This document shows positions 45,624-58,600 of a stretch of DNA of 64,000 bases, piece after piece (position 1 is the first letter of the stretch; the number at the start of each line of letters is the position of its first letter). The position numbers were made by a program, and so were the translations under genes. Source of the stretch: Candidatus Omnitrophota bacterium. Its GTDB lineage: Bacteria > Omnitrophota > Gorgyraeia > B26-G9. The DNA lies in contig JBDRPX010000015.1 of NCBI GenBank assembly GCA_043826565.1, forward strand, positions 67,317 through 131,316, given 5' to 3'. The notes beneath the pieces were generated by a model, which did no database searches, was not told where the DNA came from, and was given only the letters and a program-made list of their open reading frames with translations.

Positions 45624-46571
45624 ATGCCAAGGATGCCAAGAGTGAATGTTGAAGGAGCATTATACTATATCACTTCCCGCGGAGACCGTAATCAGGAAAT
45701 ATTTAAAGATAAGGAAGATTACGCTACTTATATTGAATTATTAAAAAAATATAAAAAGCATCATGGTTTTAAATTATTCTCCTACATTCTGCTTCCGTCA
45801 CACCTCCATCTTTTAATAGAACTTTCGGCAAATTTAACAATTTCCCAGATCATGCACGACCTGAACTCTTCTTATATTAAATACTTTAATAAAAAATATG
45901 AACGCACCGGGCATTTATTTACCGAACGTTACCGCTGTGTATTAATAGAAAAAGACCCTTGGCTTAAGGCCGTTACCGCGCATATGCATTTAAATCCTGT
46001 CCGGGTAAACGCGGCAGAATCCTGGAAAGAATATTCTTTAGGCAGTGCCAAAGCTTATTTGGGGGCAAAAGACACAGAACTTGACCTGACCGAAGAGATC
46101 AAAGAGGTAAATACTCAGCTTAAAGGAGTAAAATACGAAGACTTTTTGGCCAGCCTTAACAAAGAAGAAATAAAGACATTAAAGACAAGTTTTGCCCGAA
46201 AGCTTATTGTCGGGTCCCGGGAATTTAAGAATAAAATAGAAGAAAAAGTCGAAGAGACTAAGACTCAGGAGCCCGAAGAACAGAGTGACCAGGAGAATAA
46301 ATTTATTTTCAGCGGAAGTGTCGCAGTGGTGGTTCTCCTTATTATTGTGGGATTTTTAATTAAAGGGCATTTTGATTTGAAGGAAAAATATAATTTGACT
46401 ACTCATAGAAAAAAAATAGAAATGGAACGCCGGATCCGGGAAGAAAAAGAACTGGTGACTAAGAATTTAAAAGAAAAATATGCCGCGGATGAAGTTTCGT
46501 TTGAAGCCATGCAAAAAAGGCTGGAGATTGAAAAGAAAAAAATAAAAGAACTGGAAAAGAAAATTAACTAG
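45624..46571 (+). CDS. HUH/Y1 transposase-like domain (IS200/RAYT-like) fused to a TM helix and K/E-rich coiled-coil C-terminal region
   Basis: N-terminal ~130 aa with HUH motif PSHLHLLIE and Tyr motif TERYRCVLIE; TM FIFSGSVAVVVLLIIVGFLI; C-terminal KIEMERRIREEKE... coiled coil. Confidence 0.6.
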   Translation: MPRMPRVNVEGALYYITSRGDRNQEIFKDKEDYATYIELLKKYKKHHGFKLFSYILLPSHLHLLIELSANLTISQIMHDLNSSYIKYFNKKYERTGHLFTERYRCVLIEKDPWLKAVTAHMHLNPVRVNAAESWKEYSLGSAKAYLGAKDTELDLTEEIKEVNTQLKGVKYEDFLASLNKEEIKTLKTSFARKLIVGSREFKNKIEEKVEETKTQEPEEQSDQENKFIFSGSVAVVVLLIIVGFLIKGHFDLKEKYNLTTHRKKIEMERRIREEKELVTKNLKEKYAADEVSFEAMQKRLEIEKKKIKELEKKIN

Positions 46572-46632
46572 TGCGCATCGGCTGATGCGTAACCGATTAG
46601 TGTGTATGATTGCCAAAAGGGGAGAGAGCAAA

Positions 46633-49600
46633 ATGAAGATGATGATTAAAAAAACAATTGGTGTGCTACTGGTAGTATTGCTTGTGGTTTTCGGCTTAGC
46701 CAAAGCAGGATATCTGCAGGAAGCCGGTACCTTTCTGCAGGATTCCTGGAATTCGGGCACGAGTTCGACTGTGGCGGTGCATCCGGGCAATCAAAGTAAT
46801 TGGTCGCGCTATACTTCCCGGGACTCAAATATCCTTACTGCCGGAGGGTCAATTTATTTAGCGCCGAATACATTTACGGTGACCGATACCTCGGATACGG
46901 ATTTTGCAAAAGGCACATTAAATAATGTAATTATCAGCGGAACCGGTAATGGTTCTCAGCTGGAACTGACCTCCAGCGTTACGGACCCGTTTGCTTCTCA
47001 ATTAGGTGAATGGTTAAATTTGCCGTCTATACCCGCTCCGGGATTATTTTCTACCTATACCAAAATGGGCAATTATATTTATTGTTTGTTTGGCTCCGGG
47101 GACGGAAAACAGTTCGGCCGCTTTAATCTTACCAGTAAAACCTGGGAATTTTTAACGCCGATTCCGGTGGCGGTAGCGGTTGGGGCAACAATCACTAACG
47201 ACGGAGAATATATTTATGCTTTGCGCGGTTCCGGTTCAAGAGACGCGTATTTTTATCTGCCTCCGGAAGGGCCTGATCCGGACCCGGCAAATACTTTATT
47301 TTCTGTAGCTTCTCCGGCTCCCGGAGAATGGAAGCAATTTCCATCTCTAACTTCCGGGGTTAATTATGGATCTAATATTGTGCGTACCGGCGGTACGCTA
47401 AGCAGTAAGTCCGGAGCTTTATACGCGATGTGCGGATCCGGATCAACAACATTTGTTAAATATGATCCGAATATCGGCGGCGGAGTATGGATGGGCAGAA
47501 GTTCCACACCGGCTACGATCGGAGAAGGCGGAGCATTAGCCTACAAGCCCGGAAGTAATTTTATATACGCGGCCCGGGGATCCCAGACAGATACATTCTG
47601 GAGATATAATATCAGCGCAAATACTTGGGATACCAGCCTTGCGGCAGTTCCTGATCTAGATCCTTCAAATACAACGACAAATATAAATGTTAGATTTTGG
47701 CAGGGTTCGGACCTGTGGTATCCGGGATCAGGTGATTATGTTTATGCCGCGGGTATGTATGATGAATATGACAGCAGTACGGTTTACCGGCGTCAAAACC
47801 GAAGCTTTTTTAAATACGGGCCGTTAAGCGGCGCGGCAACCTGGACCAGATTACCGGATGTTCCGTCATATCTTGGCGCGTATAAATTTATTATTTATGA
47901 TCCGGATGCCGGCGGCCCGACAGAAGGTGATGAACTGCAGTATTTTTCCGGGAAAAATTATACCCGGCCGTGGCGGTTTGATAATGTGAATGAAAAATGG
48001 ATAACCTTATCACAGGCACCGTATGACGCGCCTTATGGTATTAATATTTGCTATCCGGGAACCGGAGATTTTCTTTATTATATTCCGGCAGACGGTAATT
48101 ATGATTTTTACCGCTATTCAATTTCCGGAAATTCCTGGGAAAGGCTTAAAAATCTTCCTTCCGGCCCCAGATACGCGGGTACACGTTTATGTTATTTAAA
48201 CGGATATATTTATTGTTTAAAAGGATATACCTCCGGGTCTTTTTATCGTTATGCCATAGCGCAAACCCCGGGGGCAGACAATTGGGACTATTTAGCTAAT
48301 TATCCGTATACTGACTTAGAATACGGGTCCAGTATTATCGGAGTGCAGATTGCCGGCCAGGATTATATTTACGGGTTAAGAGGGAATGAATATGGTAATT
48401 TTTATCGCTATAATGTTAGCACAGATACCTGGGCAGACACAATGGCCACAATGCCGGATCAGCCGGATGGAAGTTATTTAATATTTCCGAATTATGCGGA
48501 GCCCAACGGATACAAATATATTTACGCGGCGCGCGGCCAGTACAGCAATGACATGTATAAATACGGGCCCATAGAAGAAGATGAAAATTTAACCGATGAT
48601 ATTGACGGAGATTTCCAGACTAAAGGCCGCTGGACCCAGGTTACGGATACGCCCAGTTATTTTCGTTTTTGTGAGAATTACGGAGCTTGTTTGTCTTATC
48701 AGGGAAGCGGGCCGTATATTTACGCGTTTACCGGAGATAATGATGATATTGGGTACGCGTTTAGGTTTGCCCGCTATAATATGGATACTGATGCCTGGGA
48801 TGACCTTGATTCTACTCCCATGAATCAGACTTATTTTGATTGTACCTCAACAAGTGATGCTATCTTCGCGGTGGGTTATTATGGCTATGGCAATTTCTGG
48901 AAATATGATTTGGCTACCCAGCAATGGAATGAGCCGGTTATTGATCAATACCGCAATGAGTTGGGGACTACGGTAGTTGATAGTAATAATAATATTTATC
49001 TGGTATACGGCGGCCGGGACGGGTACCATTATTCACATTTCTGGAAGTTTGATCCGAATCAAAACCGGTGGACGGATATTATTCGCGCGCCGTTTGTTTT
49101 AGCGGCGGGAGTTAAAGCAGAATATCTAACAAGTACAAATTCTATCTATGTTACCGAGGGCCGCGGATCAACGACATTATACAAATATAATGTCGGGACA
49201 AAGGTCTGGAGTGAATGCGCGGAATCTCCGATACGGTTTTGGCGCGGCGCGCAGTTAGCCGCGGATGATGCGAACAATATTATTTATGCTATGCCGGGCT
49301 GGGATATTAGAAATTTTTATGTATATGATGCCGCGGATTACTGGAATCAGCTGGAAAATCCGCCGAAAGCTCATGAAGATATGATCGAAGGCATGGAAGT
49401 AGCAAATGGAAAAGTTTATTTGCTTAGCGGTGATGACGAAGCAGAGTTTTATGAATACTCCCCTTTGCCGACAAATACCTGGCTGCCGAAAACAAAGGTC
49501 GGAGACCCGACTGGTGATGGGTCGGTTTTTGAAACTACCAGCCATGGCGGAGGATTGTTTTATCCGGGCTCCGGAGATTTGATGTATTGTATTACCCGGT

Positions 49601-52600
49601 CCAGCAATAAAGTGCTTTTTACATATTCTCTATCTACGGACCGGTGGAATCAGCTTGCCGAACTGCCGATCGACCCGTATGACCGCCCGACATCAATAGT
49701 GGCCGCGGGAAAACCATGGTTTTTTATCTTTAATTATCGCTGGGATGATTATCTGATGCGCTATCATGTGGCGGAGAATATTTATGACCTGCCGTCTTTT
49801 TTACCCGCGGAAATCAATGAGGATTGCGCTTTAGCCGGGTATAAAGGATATATTTATTATCTAAACAGAGATACGTTTTACAGATATAATGCCCAGCTTA
49901 ATCTTTGGTCGGAGTTGCTGGCTCCGCCGATAACATTTGATGAAACTGATACAACAATGCGGATTGTTGAGTTCGAAGGGCAGCCGTACGCGTATGTTAC
50001 CGGAGGTAATAACCGAAATGGATTTTACCGTTATAGTATTACCAGCAATACCTGGCAGGAATTACCTTCTCCGCCGGCGAATTTTGAAGTGGGAACTTCC
50101 ATGACGCAAAAAGGAAATTATTTATATATACTGCGGGGAGAGTCAAATGCGTTTTGGGAATACAATCTGGTAAATAATACCTGGGCTTTGGCAACAGATA
50201 CGCCGCAATATGTGTATTATGGCGGGCAGGTTGTGTATCCGGGCAGCGGGGATTATGTTTATGTTATGACCGGAAATCATACGGCAAATCTTTACCGGTA
50301 CAATACCGTGGCCAAAAATTGGACCGCGCGGACTCCGGCTCCGGTACCTATGCATAATGCGCATTCAGAATTGATCTATCCCGGTTTTGGCGATTATTTA
50401 TTTGTCCTGCAGGGAGCCTCATATAATACTGATCAAGGTTCATATGTATTTATGCGGTATAAAATGTCTGATCCGGGCGGGGATACCTGGGAAGAACTTA
50501 CGCCGTCGTCTTTTGCGGTTAGGCATCCGGGAACTTTGATCTGGGGGGACGGAGAATATTTTTATGGTATAGAAGGCCGGGGGAACAAGCTGGCCAGATA
50601 TTATTCTTACTGTTTCGGCGACTATACTTCGGGAGTAAAAGAGATCGGCAATCACAGCGGATGGGGCGATGTCAGCTGGATTTTTAACAGTGTGCAGTCG
50701 GCAGCAATTGCTTTTCGCAGCGGGGATACTTTGGATCTATCCGATGCGGATGTCTGGTCTAATGTGGCCGATGTTACTAATGGCCAGGACTTAAGTAATT
50801 CCGCGGCTTGCGCGAATACGGATAAATATATCCAGTATAAGATTACTTTTTCCACGGATGAATTAGCGGAGAGCCCGGCCATTGAACAAATGCAGTTTGA
50901 ATGGGAAAAATATCCGATTTCTCAGACTTTGACCTCCTCTATTTACGATACTACCTTTCTTACCAACAGAATCCTTGATCTTTCCTGGCAGGAAACTCTG
51001 CCCCTGGGAACGGACGCGCGTTTTCAGATGCGCACTTCCGCGGATAATAATACCTGGTCCAGCTGGATGGGAATTGCCGCGGCGCAGGTTTTAACTAATG
51101 ACCTCTCTGATGAGGATGATTATGCCAGATCAAGTAAGATCCAAATAGCTTCCGGGATAGCAAAACTGTTTAAAGAATTAGCTGATTTTAAATATATGCA
51201 GACGATTACAGTGGATAATCTGGGCGGCCCTTTAGAGACCAATAAATTAGTAAATGTGGTGATCCCCAAGACAAATACCCATTTTTGGAATAATGTCAGA
51301 GATGACGGATATGATGTTCGTTTTTATGACGGAACCCAGAAATATGAATATAAACTGATTGATTTTGACCGGGCAAATAAAACCGGAGCGTTCTTAGTTC
51401 AGATCCCGTCTCTGCCCGCGGATGATGAGCTGTCAATATATATGCTTTATGACAGTCCTTCCGCGGATACAGAAAGCAATGAGGCTTTGCGTATTGATGT
51501 AAGAGAATCTGATCTGGCCGCGAGATGGAATTTTGATCAGACTATTGGAAATACTGTCCCGGATTCCTCCGGCAATAATAATAACGGATATTTTATGAGC
51601 AGTCCGTTATGGACCACCGAAGGAAAATTCGGCGGAGCTTTAAGCTGTGACGGCCTTGATGATTATGTAACAGTTCCGAGCACCTCGTCTTTACAGCTTA
51701 CCGGAGATATGACCTTGGGTATCTGGGTGTATCCGGAAAATGTCGGCACTAACTGGTATATGCAGACAATCCATAAAAGATATTGGGGAGAATTTTCCTT
51801 TGGTATTTACCGGGCCGGAAGTTTAGGCTATCTTCAGGGGTATGGTACGAGTTCTTATAATTCCTGGTCGCTTTCCAATTATAATAAAGTTCAAAATAAT
51901 AAATGGCATCATCTGGTTGTGGTCCGAGACGGCACAACCAAGCAGATCACTTCCTATATTAACGGAGTACAGCAGCGTTCCTATAATTATGCCAGCGGCT
52001 ATCAGCCGGTAACCTCATATGATCCGGTAATGATCATGCGCGGATATACCGGGTATGAAATTAAAGGAAAAGTAGACCATACAACAATTCATAATGTTCC
52101 GCTTACGGCCGCGGAAGTTGAACAGCTCTACTTAGGGTATGATCTAAGCAACCCGGAAGATTTGTCGATAAATGAAAGTTCCGCTACCTGTGTAAATCTC
52201 GCGGGATGGTTATATAAAGTTCCGATTACGGTTACGAATAATTCCGCCAGCATCGTAAATAATTCGATTATAACCATAAATGCCGAACAATGGCATGAAT
52301 TCTGGCAGCATGTAAACAGCGACGGCAGTGATGTGCGGGCAGTTGATTCTGATGATACTACCCTGCTTACTTATTATCTGCAGGAATTTGATTCCGCGGC
52401 AAAGACCGGCAGGATCAATGTAGAGATTCCTACGATCCCCGCGTCTTCAAGCAAGACGATCTATTTGTATTACGGTAATAGCGGGGCCAGTAATATTGGA
52501 AACAGTTCTCTAAACTTAGAATGGGATGTGGGTACGTATCCTGATTTTAGCGGATGGTCACGTCCTTCAACCTGGAACACAAACACCGGCATATACATGA

Positions 52601-55600
52601 TGGGCGGATACGCGCGTTTAGGCTTGAGCGCGGACACGCAAAAGACAGTAATCAATCTTCCGGCCGGAACCTATGAAATTGAATTCAATTATTATTATAT
52701 TGATTCCTGGGATTCAGAATACGGCCAGTTATATTGGAACGGTACCAGGATTTGGAATGTATCCAGCAGTACGATCCCGTCCGGGCCTGATGTCGGCGGA
52801 TACAGTACTTACGGCGACCGCGTGGACCATCCGGCGTTTAAGGTTACGGTTGTTCATCCCGGAGGGAACGCGGTTTTACGTTTTGCTTCCACGACAAATG
52901 AAAGCACGGTTAATGAAAGTTTTGGTGTGAATAATATTATTATCCGCACATTACAGTCCTCAACATTGGAAGTTACTCCGCCGTATGTAACGGAAAATAA
53001 TATTTATGATACCGGAACTTATTACACGGACAATCCGGTTGTTCAGCCGATATTGGGTGTTTTTTATGAAGGTAATATATCAAATTTCCAGGCGGTTACT
53101 ACAGAGCCGTCAAATACGGATATCGGGTTCCAGGTTTCGGCGGACGGGTATAACTGGTATTGGTATTCAACCGGTGATTGGCGAAAAACAGAACTGGGAT
53201 ATCTTAATACAAACAGCGCGGCCCAGATAAATTCTAACCTGGTGAATTTTCAGTCAAAATTCCCGGCTGGTGATTTTTATTACCGGGCATTTTTAAATTC
53301 TAGCGGTACGAATACCCCGGAACTCAATGAGGTGAGAATTACTTTAACCAGTCCGCCGAGTTATTATTTTGACGCGGCGGCCGGAGAGGCTGTAAATACG
53401 ATCAATGAAGATTGTCTGGATGACCGGTATATTCAATACCGGACAACTTTGTATTCCTACGGAGAAAGTACGCCGGTTATTGACAGTGTCAGTATTGATT
53501 ATATTAAATCAGAAGTAAATGTAACCTCCCCTAACGGCGGTGAGGAATGGCCGGTTGCTTCGGCTCAAACAATCACCTGGACTTCCGCGGGTGTTGATGA
53601 CGCGGCTTCGCATGTGAAGATAGAATATTCATCAAATAACGGAACCAGCTGGAATACGATAATTGGTTCCACGGCAAATGACGGCAGTTATCCCTGGACT
53701 GTGGAAAATTCCGCTTCTCCTAATTGTTTAGTCCGGATCACTTCTGTGGAATTTCCCACGGTTATTGATCAGTCTGACGCGGTATTTCAGATCATGGGCC
53801 TTATTCTTACCGCGCCCAATGGCGGCCAAGTATGGGAAGTAAACCGGATCCATACGATTACCTGGACATCTTCAGGTACGGTCAGTAATGAATTAACTAT
53901 TGAATATTCTACGAATAATGGCACCAGCTGGGCCGGAACTTTGGCAACTCAGCGGCCGAATACCGGTACTACTAATTGCCAGATGCCGAATGTTAATTCT
54001 GATGCGGTTCGGATCCGGATATTTGACTCCCTTAATACTAATGTTATTGATGTTTCCGACGCGGTTATGTCCATTGTTCCGGCACCGGTGATCACCATAA
54101 ATACTCCGAACGGCGCAGAGCAATGGATCGTGGGCGATACTTATACCATAGATTGGCAAACCAATTCCCGCCAGTTCTCGGCGAATGTAATATTGGAATA
54201 TTCCAAAGATAATTTCAGTACAACTGTTCCCATTATTACTAAGAGTATTGGAACTGCGGCCGGCCCAAACAATAATGATGACATTTCCGGAAGCCATGAC
54301 TGGGTAGTTCCGGAAGATATATCCACGACAGTAAAGATAAGAATAAGGGAAGAAAGTATTCCTCCGGCACGGGATACGCAGAGTATTATCTGGGATATGT
54401 CGGATAATAATTTTTCGCTTATTTTCCCGTATATTACGATAAGTTCACCGCAGGAAGAGGTTACCTGGGTTTCCGGAGATGCTCATGATATTACCTGGAC
54501 ATTCTTTGGAACAGTAAGCAATGATCTGCTCCTTGAATATACAACTGACGGGTCTAATTTCACGACTATTGACGATAACCAAGCTAATGACGGATTATAT
54601 TCCTGGACTGTTCCGGATGAAGATTCAGCTACGGTGCAGGTAAGAATTACGGATAATGCCTGGAATCAGGTTACGGGGATTTCTCCGGTATTTACAATTA
54701 TTCCCTATCCGGTGCTTAAAGTTTTATATCCGAACGGCGGTGAAGTATTGGCGATTGGAGCTACTTATGAACTTCGCTGGACTTCTTTTGGCCAGAAATT
54801 AGCCTCCGGCGGCGCGGATTATTTTAATATTGATATCTGGTATTCCGCGAATAATGGAACTACCTGGGCTGTTGTCAGTTTAGGCCAGGCTAATGACGGG
54901 TCTTTGAACTGGCAGACGGCTGATGCCGAAACCACGGAGGCTTTAGTCAAAGTTGAAGATAGTAATGACCTGCTGATTGTGGATACTTCGGATGCTGTTT
55001 TTGAAATCACAAATCCGGTTCTGACAATTACTTCTCCGAACGGCGCGGAAGGGTGGTACGCAACCGGTACGTATGATATAACCTGGGATTCTTTGGGAGC
55101 GGTCAGCAATAATCTGTTATTAGAGTATTCAACTAATGCCGGTGTTTCCTGGACAACGATTGCCGGCAGCCAGAATAATGATCATGTTTATTCCTGGACG
55201 GTTGCCGATGTTATTTCTGATCAGGTCAAAATAAAAATTACCGATAGCAATCGTCCTTTGGTTTGGGATGATTCTGATGCTAATTTCAGTATTCTTGCTC
55301 CGACAATTACAGTTACCGTACCAAATGGCGGAGAAGAATGGATTATCGGAACAAGCCATGGTATAGAATGGGCCACACAAGGCGGAGATGTTAACGCGGT
55401 TAAAGATAATCTGACGATCCAATATTCATCTAACGGAGGAGGGTCTTGGAATGATCTATGGACCGGCTTGGCAAATTCCGGAAGTCAGGCGTGGGAAATT
55501 CCGGATGATTTGTCCGATAACTGTCTGATCAGGATTTTTGACGCGTTCCGTCCGGCTACCATAGACCAGTCTGACGCGATGTTCGCGATTAAGATTCCGT

Positions 55601-58600
55601 ATGTGGATATTATTGCGCCGAACGGCGGAGAAAGCTGGCCGATCGGAACAACTCAGAGTATAAACTGGGGGTCTTTGGGAACAGTCAGCAATAATCTGGT
55701 TATTGAATATTCTAAAGATAATTTTGTCAGCAACATTAATACAATTTCTACTTTTGAAGCAAATGACGGTTTATATGAATGGCTGTCTGTAGCGGATGAT
55801 TATTCGGTAACAGTTAAAATCAGGATCACTGACGCGGATAATCCGTCAATTACCGATACCTCAGAAACAGCGTTTACGATCGCGTATCCGTTAATTACGG
55901 TTACGGTGCCGAATGGCGGAGAAATATGGACCGTCGGTGATACGGAAAATATTACCTGGACTAACACCGGAAGCGTGGGCAATGATCTGAAGATCGAATA
56001 CTCTAAAGACAATTTTAACGCGGATACGAACATGATTATTGTTTCCACGGCAAACACCGGCAGTTACAGCTGGCCGTCAATCCCTAATGATGTTTCCGCT
56101 TCGGTAAGGGTACGGATTACGGATAATACCCGTCCGGTAGTTTGGGACAGATCTAACGGGAATTTTACGATTTTGCCGATTCCGGCAATTACGATTACCG
56201 CGCCCAATGGCGGAGAAATATGGCGTTATGGAACAACCCAGAGTATTACCTGGGAAGATAATGGCGGGTTGATTTCCAATAATCTGACCATAACATATTC
56301 TACGGATAATGGAACTACCTACACCGGAAGTATTATTACCGGAGCGGCAAATATCGGTTCCTACAGCTGGAACATTCCGGATGATGTACATCCGCAATGT
56401 TTTCTTAGGATCCAGGATGCGCAAAGGCCGTCGACAAATGACATTTCCGATGCGTCATTTATCATTGCTGATCCGCGGATCACCATAACTTCACCTAATG
56501 GCGGAGAAGTCTGGGCGGTTGCTGATCAGGCGCCGATAACCTGGACTACCGAAGGCACGATCAGTAATAATCTGATCCTGCAGTATTCCGGTAACGGAGG
56601 ATCCAGTTATACGCAGGTTGCTTCCGGAATAAGTAATACCGGAGCATATACCTGGACAGTTCCGGATGATGTTACGACTAATGCTTTATTTGAAATAACT
56701 GACGGAAACCGGCCGGTAAGCAAGGATATTTCGAATGCGGTATTCCGGATCATTGCTATGCCGCTAATTGATATTACAACTCCGGACGGCGGCGAAGAAT
56801 TTGTTCTGGGAGATACCTCATCTATTACCTGGACATGGTTAGGTTTATCTATTTCAAATAATTTATTGATTGATTATTCCGGAGACGGATTTGCTACGCG
56901 CAGAGTAATTGCTTCCGTGGAAGCAAATGACGGTTTGTATACCTGGGCGATCCCGGATGACGCGCTTACCGGCTCGACACTTAAGATGAGGATCACTGAC
57001 GGTAATCGTACGGAAATAACTAATCAGTCCGGCGGATATTTTAGAATTCGCGGTGGTTTTACAATCCTTTCACCTAACGGCGGTGAAAACTGGGTAGCTA
57101 AATCGGATCATTCAGTTACCTGGCAGACAAAAGGAACTATTTCTAGGGTAAAACTTGAATACAGTACGGATAACGGATTGAACTGGTCTATGGTCGCTTC
57201 GAATGTGTCTAATGCCGGAGCCTACACCTGGATATTACCGGATGCGCAGTCTGTGCAGGCAAGAATCCGGATTTCCGATGTGGATGATCCAACTGTAAAT
57301 GACCAGAATGATGCGACGTTTAATATTGTTTATGCTTCGGTTGTGTTTAATGTTTTGGACTATGATACGTTGCAGCATTTGCAGGATATAAATACGAATG
57401 AGCCGTATACCGGATGGAATGATTCCGGAGTTAATTCTCCGATTAGCCGGATGCAGCAGTACCCCTATGGCAACTATACGACATTTTTCTCTAAAACCAA
57501 CTACATTGATAATAGTGTTAGCTGGGTAGCGCCAAAATCCGGGACCGATACGTATGTTATCAATACCTATCTGGAAAACTCCGCGTCCGCGCAGGTTACA
57601 TGGGAAGCGGTATTGACCTACAGTTTTAGCCCGGCCACGGATTCCTTAAGCGGTGTCGGTTCTTTGCAGAGAAAAGGAAAACTTGTCGGAACTAATGAAT
57701 TAGAACGCGTGGATATGGGGCCGGCAGTATTGACTATTTATGAACCGAATTCCACGGTGATTAGGAATCTAGTTTCCGCTAATGCTCCCGGAGATAATGG
57801 TATGTATAACTTGATGCTTACTAATACTGATTTTGAATCCGGACAAGTATATCCGGCAACTTTGACAATTACTTATAGATCAAGAGAATATACTTCCAGT
57901 GCCAGTATTGATGTTGGTTCGGAGATTCTGCAGTATGAGTTCTTTACCCAGACAGCTACTCAATTGGCCGCTTCTGTGGCGCAGATTGAAACAGCAGTCG
58001 GGGCGGGGACTCAAGCGACAATTAACAAGCTGGATGAAACCAGAGCATCTTTAGAAAATAAAGTTGACAGTTCCGCGGCAACTGTAATCGGGGTAGTAAC
58101 AGATACCAAAACAGAGCTTACGGCTAATCTTTCTTCAACCCGGGAAAGCTTAGAAGGTACCTTGGCGGCTACCAGCGAAGATTTGCAGACTACTATGAAA
58201 TCAAACATTCTCAACCGTGAGAAATCGGTCAAGGGCGGAGCTGATCTGATGATCCGATATAGAACATATTCCGGCTTAATTCCCAAGATCGATGTTTATG
58301 ATACTCAGAATGTCCAGAGAATTGATAAAGGACTTATGACTGAGATGGGCACAACCGGTATTTATGAATACAAGGTCAAGTTCTATAACAGTTGGGGGCA
58401 GGGAGATTGTACAATTGTTTGTTCGGAAGAGACCAAGGGGACTTTAGACGCATTGACAATTACGATTGTTAGGTCTACAGTAGATGATATAGCCGGACAG
58501 ACTTCGGCGATCTTAGGTTCAACCTCAGGATTAAGTGATATTGGCCAGGTGGTGGATATCTTAGGTAATCAGATCGGCCTGATTGAAGCATCATTCTCCA

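Noticed and set aside
46646-58286. About 25 minus-strand ORFs (60-135 aa), plus a few + strand out-of-frame ORFs, inside the giant gene
   Set aside because: Lie wholly within the 12.3-kb ORF; generated by its repetitive, codon-biased sequence; no independent signals.
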